This document shows, in pieces, positions 61,270 through 64,000 of a DNA stretch of 64,000 nucleotides. Below the pieces are notes generated by a model. It worked only from the letters and a program-made list of their open reading frames with translations. It was not told the origin of the DNA and did not search any database. This DNA comes from a candidate division FCPU426 bacterium (lineage in GTDB: Bacteria; Oederibacteriota; Muellerivitia; Muellerivitales; Muellerivitaceae). Positions within the stretch are counted from its first letter, which is position 1. Every line of letters begins with the position of its first letter. Position numbers and translations under genes: made by a program. Where the stretch lies: the NCBI GenBank assembly GCA_963796105.1, contig CAWCKJ010000004.1, positions 1 to 64,000 of the forward strand, in the 5' to 3' direction.

Positions 61270-63057
61270 CTATTTTCCAACTGAAACATCGGCTAAACCG
61301 GCCTTGATTTCCGAATTATCCGGGTCCAGAGCGAGAGCTTTCTTGTAGGCTTCCACGGATTTTCCCTGATCCCCCATCTTCATATAGAGAACTCCCAGAT
61401 CAAAATAACCATCAGAGTAATCGGGATCACGCCGGATCCCCTCCAGAATTTCACCGAGAGCTTCCTGATACTTCCCCATCTTTTCGTAAGCCGTTCCCAA
61501 GTGGCAGTGGAACTTGGCATTTTCCGGCTCCAAAGAAACGCCTTCCTTTAGGTTTTGGAGGGCTTCCTCCAAGCGACCCATTTCCAAAAGGGTCATTCCC
61601 TTACCATCGAAAGAAAAGGCCGATAACGGCCCGATCGCGATACCCTTGTCAAATTCCCGGAGGGCTTCATCCAACCGTCCCATCTTCAGGAAACCGTCAG
61701 CCAGGTTTGCGTGGGCGATCTGGGAATTCCTGGGATTCACCCTTAGCACATTCTCCCAAAGTGTGACTGTATCCTTCCAAGTTTCAGTTTGCCGGTAGGT
61801 CCCGTACCCGAGCCAGGCCGCCAACCCGACTGTCAGGGCCAGAAACACTGCCCGCCTTTGGTTGAAAAAAGCGGCTACGGCCGCCCCGAAAAGCAGGGTA
61901 GGTCCCAGGGAAGGAAGGTAGGTAAACCGGTCCGCCGCGGATTGGCTCCCGACTTGCAGAATCCCCAATACCGGAGCCAAGGTCACCAAATAATAAACCC
62001 AGGCCGCCAACCAATAGGGCCGTTTTTTCCTGTAAATGAAACATATGGAAGTAATCAGGATGGCCGCCATGGCTGAATAAACATAAGGGGGAGAAAAAGT
62101 TTTCTTCAAGTCAATAGGGTATAAAGCCGCCAAGCCCGTGGGGCAAACCATCTTCTGAAGGTAAAAAACCAGGGAGTGCGTGGAATTCATGAAGCGGTAT
62201 GACAGGGGTATCAAATTCAGGCCTGAGAAGCTTCCGGTGGAGGATTGTGAGAATATCGCCACCACTCCCGATGCTAAAGCCCCGATGAAAAACGGGATTT
62301 TTTCCAAGAAAACCTTGGAGCCTTGGGCGCACATTCTTCCCAGCGGCCAGATATCCAGGAGGATGAGAACCAAGGGCAGGGTAACTGCCATGGGTTTTGA
62401 GAAGATCGATATGATGAAAAGCCCTAAGCAAGCGTATAGCTTTCGGGTATTTAAAACGGGAGCGGAAGCGTAATCCAGATAGACGATCAGGCTTGCCAGG
62501 AAGAAAAACCCATACAGAAGATCCTTGCGTTCCGTGGCCCAGGCCACCGATTCCACATGAATAGGATGCATACCGAATAAAAGGGCCGTCAGGAATGCCG
62601 ACATCCCCAGCCATGTTTTCTTTCGCCCCTCCTCCATGCCGCTGTCTTTAACAGCCAGTTTTAAAATCCTGATGCTCAAAAAGAAAACCATTATCGTATT
62701 CAAGCAATGCAGGCATAGGTTGTCCAAGTGGTAGATCCGTGGATCCATCTTCCCAATGAGGTAATCCAAAGCCAGGGAAATCCAGGTTAAGGGAATCCAA
62801 AGCCCCGCCGAATAGAAATGGGTAAACATCCATTTGATGGAGGAGACATCGAAATGACGGATATGGGAATTTTCCTGGATGTACATGATGTCGTCCCAAT
62901 TGGTGAACTGGTTGGGCAAGGAGGGCAGGTAAACCAGGAAAGTCAGGAGTGCCGGTATTAATGCCAGAACCCAGTTCGACCAGATATAGGGCCGGACAGG
63001 ATCAATAGGAGGAGAAGGGTTTTGAGGGATTTGCTTTTTATTGTCGTTTGAAGACAT
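61270..63057 (-). CDS. TMTC-like membrane glycosyltransferase with C-terminal TPRs
   Basis: WDD, HPIHVESVAW, ADRFTY, TPR repeats. Confidence 0.88.
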   Translation of the reverse strand: MSSNDNKKQIPQNPSPPIDPVRPYIWSNWVLALIPALLTFLVYLPSLPNQFTNWDDIMYIQENSHIRHFDVSSIKWMFTHFYSAGLWIPLTWISLALDYLIGKMDPRIYHLDNLCLHCLNTIMVFFLSIRILKLAVKDSGMEEGRKKTWLGMSAFLTALLFGMHPIHVESVAWATERKDLLYGFFFLASLIVYLDYASAPVLNTRKLYACLGLFIISIFSKPMAVTLPLVLILLDIWPLGRMCAQGSKVFLEKIPFFIGALASGVVAIFSQSSTGSFSGLNLIPLSYRFMNSTHSLVFYLQKMVCPTGLAALYPIDLKKTFSPPYVYSAMAAILITSICFIYRKKRPYWLAAWVYYLVTLAPVLGILQVGSQSAADRFTYLPSLGPTLLFGAAVAAFFNQRRAVFLALTVGLAAWLGYGTYRQTETWKDTVTLWENVLRVNPRNSQIAHANLADGFLKMGRLDEALREFDKGIAIGPLSAFSFDGKGMTLLEMGRLEEALQNLKEGVSLEPENAKFHCHLGTAYEKMGKYQEALGEILEGIRRDPDYSDGYFDLGVLYMKMGDQGKSVEAYKKALALDPDNSEIKAGLADVSVGK

Positions 63058-63225
63058 TCAAGAGACCCCTTGGTTTCCGGAAGGGCTGGACGACCACCCT
63101 TTTAATCAGGAGATTTTAGCCTATAGTGCCTTTCGATAATAATTTGATTTATCCCATCAAGTTTCCTGGCTTATTTGCCGTTAGGAATACTAGGAAGTAA
63201 TGGGAACCTAATGGGTTCCCGAAGG

Positions 63226-63570
63226 ATGGGAAATATGGATTCTTTATCCGCCAATAACAGCATAGTCAATTCCTTGGAACAGGCCATCGACCAGATCGTG
63301 ACCCAGGAATTGGCAACAAATAAACCGGACCCCGCGAAAACCTTGGCCCGCCAAGAGGCACTTGATTTCAGCCTTGAGTTATCCAGGATTTCGGGAGAGG
63401 TAGAACAAGCCCAGAAAATGATGGCCGCCGCCAACGCCCAGGAATCACCCCAGGCCCAGCAGAAGTTTGTCTATTGGAGGAACCAGTTGGAATTGCTGGA
63501 AAGCCAGGCGCCCCTGCCCCCTGGGGTTTCGGTTACTTACCAGGCCCCCGGTTCCCCAAGCCAAACCTAA
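63226..63570 (+). CDS. Hypothetical protein
   Basis: Helical ORF; start uncertain. Confidence 0.5.
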   Translation: MGNMDSLSANNSIVNSLEQAIDQIVTQELATNKPDPAKTLARQEALDFSLELSRISGEVEQAQKMMAAANAQESPQAQQKFVYWRNQLELLESQAPLPPGVSVTYQAPGSPSQT

Positions 63571-63725
63571 ATCCGACAACCTACCTATGCTTGCAAAGCA
63601 ACTATCCAGTTAGTCCGGATTTCCGGCGGTCGGTACGGGTTTTCTTACCGGCATGGGGCACCCTGCACGCAGGTCCAATAAGCCCTGTCCGCAGATTTGG
63701 TTACGCCTTCCGTTGATCGATACCT

Positions 63726-64000
63726 GGATTTCCGTTGGTCGAGACCGAGATTACCGTTGGTCGGGGCTGGATTTCCGTTGGTCAAGGCCGAAATTATCGT
63801 TGGTCGAAATTGGGATTAAGCTACAACCCAGTTCCAGAAGCCCACAACCCAGTTCCAAGAGGCCACAACCCAGTTCCAGAAGCTCACAACCCAGTTCCAG
63901 GAGGCCAAAACCCAGTTCCAGAAGCTCACAACTCAGTTCCAGGAGGCCAAAACCCAGTTCCAGAAGCTCACAACCCAGTTCCAGGAGGCCAAAACCCAGT
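63726..64000. repeat. Two adjacent tandem repeat tracts of ~21-bp units
   Basis: Four units of ~GATTTCCGTTGGTC-N7 (63726-63812), then at least 8 units of A(C/A)AACCCAGTTCCA-N7 from 63823 to the window end. Confidence 0.9.

Noticed and set aside
63823..64000. CRISPR array
   Set aside because: Contiguous tandem units without unique spacers.

Overview
The window has two parts. About 1-51.5 kb is a mosaic of mobile and accessory DNA. About 51.7-64 kb is core chromosome: tandem-CBM protein, ruvA, ruvC, yebC, GH9 cellulase, tyrS, PBP1A and a TPR-containing membrane glycosyltransferase. The accessory part holds four apparently identical IS1380-family copies (three complete with 5-bp TSDs, one interrupted by an IS21-family end), a complete IS21 element lacking TSDs, a RIT (recombinase-in-trio) element inserted into ardC, two radC genes, a probable toxin-antitoxin pair, a c-di-GMP signalling cluster and two broken tRNA genes. 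The most striking feature lies at 29.5-39.6 kb: an integron-like array of gene modules separated by six directly repeated 28-bp sites. Their consensus is TGTCCACNNNG-GGTCCC-CGTCGTGGACA, i.e. 11-bp inverted arms around an invariant 6-bp core. This is dif/tyrosine-recombinase-like architecture, but the sequence is not attC or dif. Two sites are split at the same nucleotide by 712-nt ORF-less group II introns whose EBS1/EBS2 are complementary to the site itself. Also notable is a ~420-bp structured non-coding leader repeated upstream of radC and the ardC operon, a candidate single-stranded-DNA promoter. All calls come from reading the sequence by eye; no database searches or folding programs were run.
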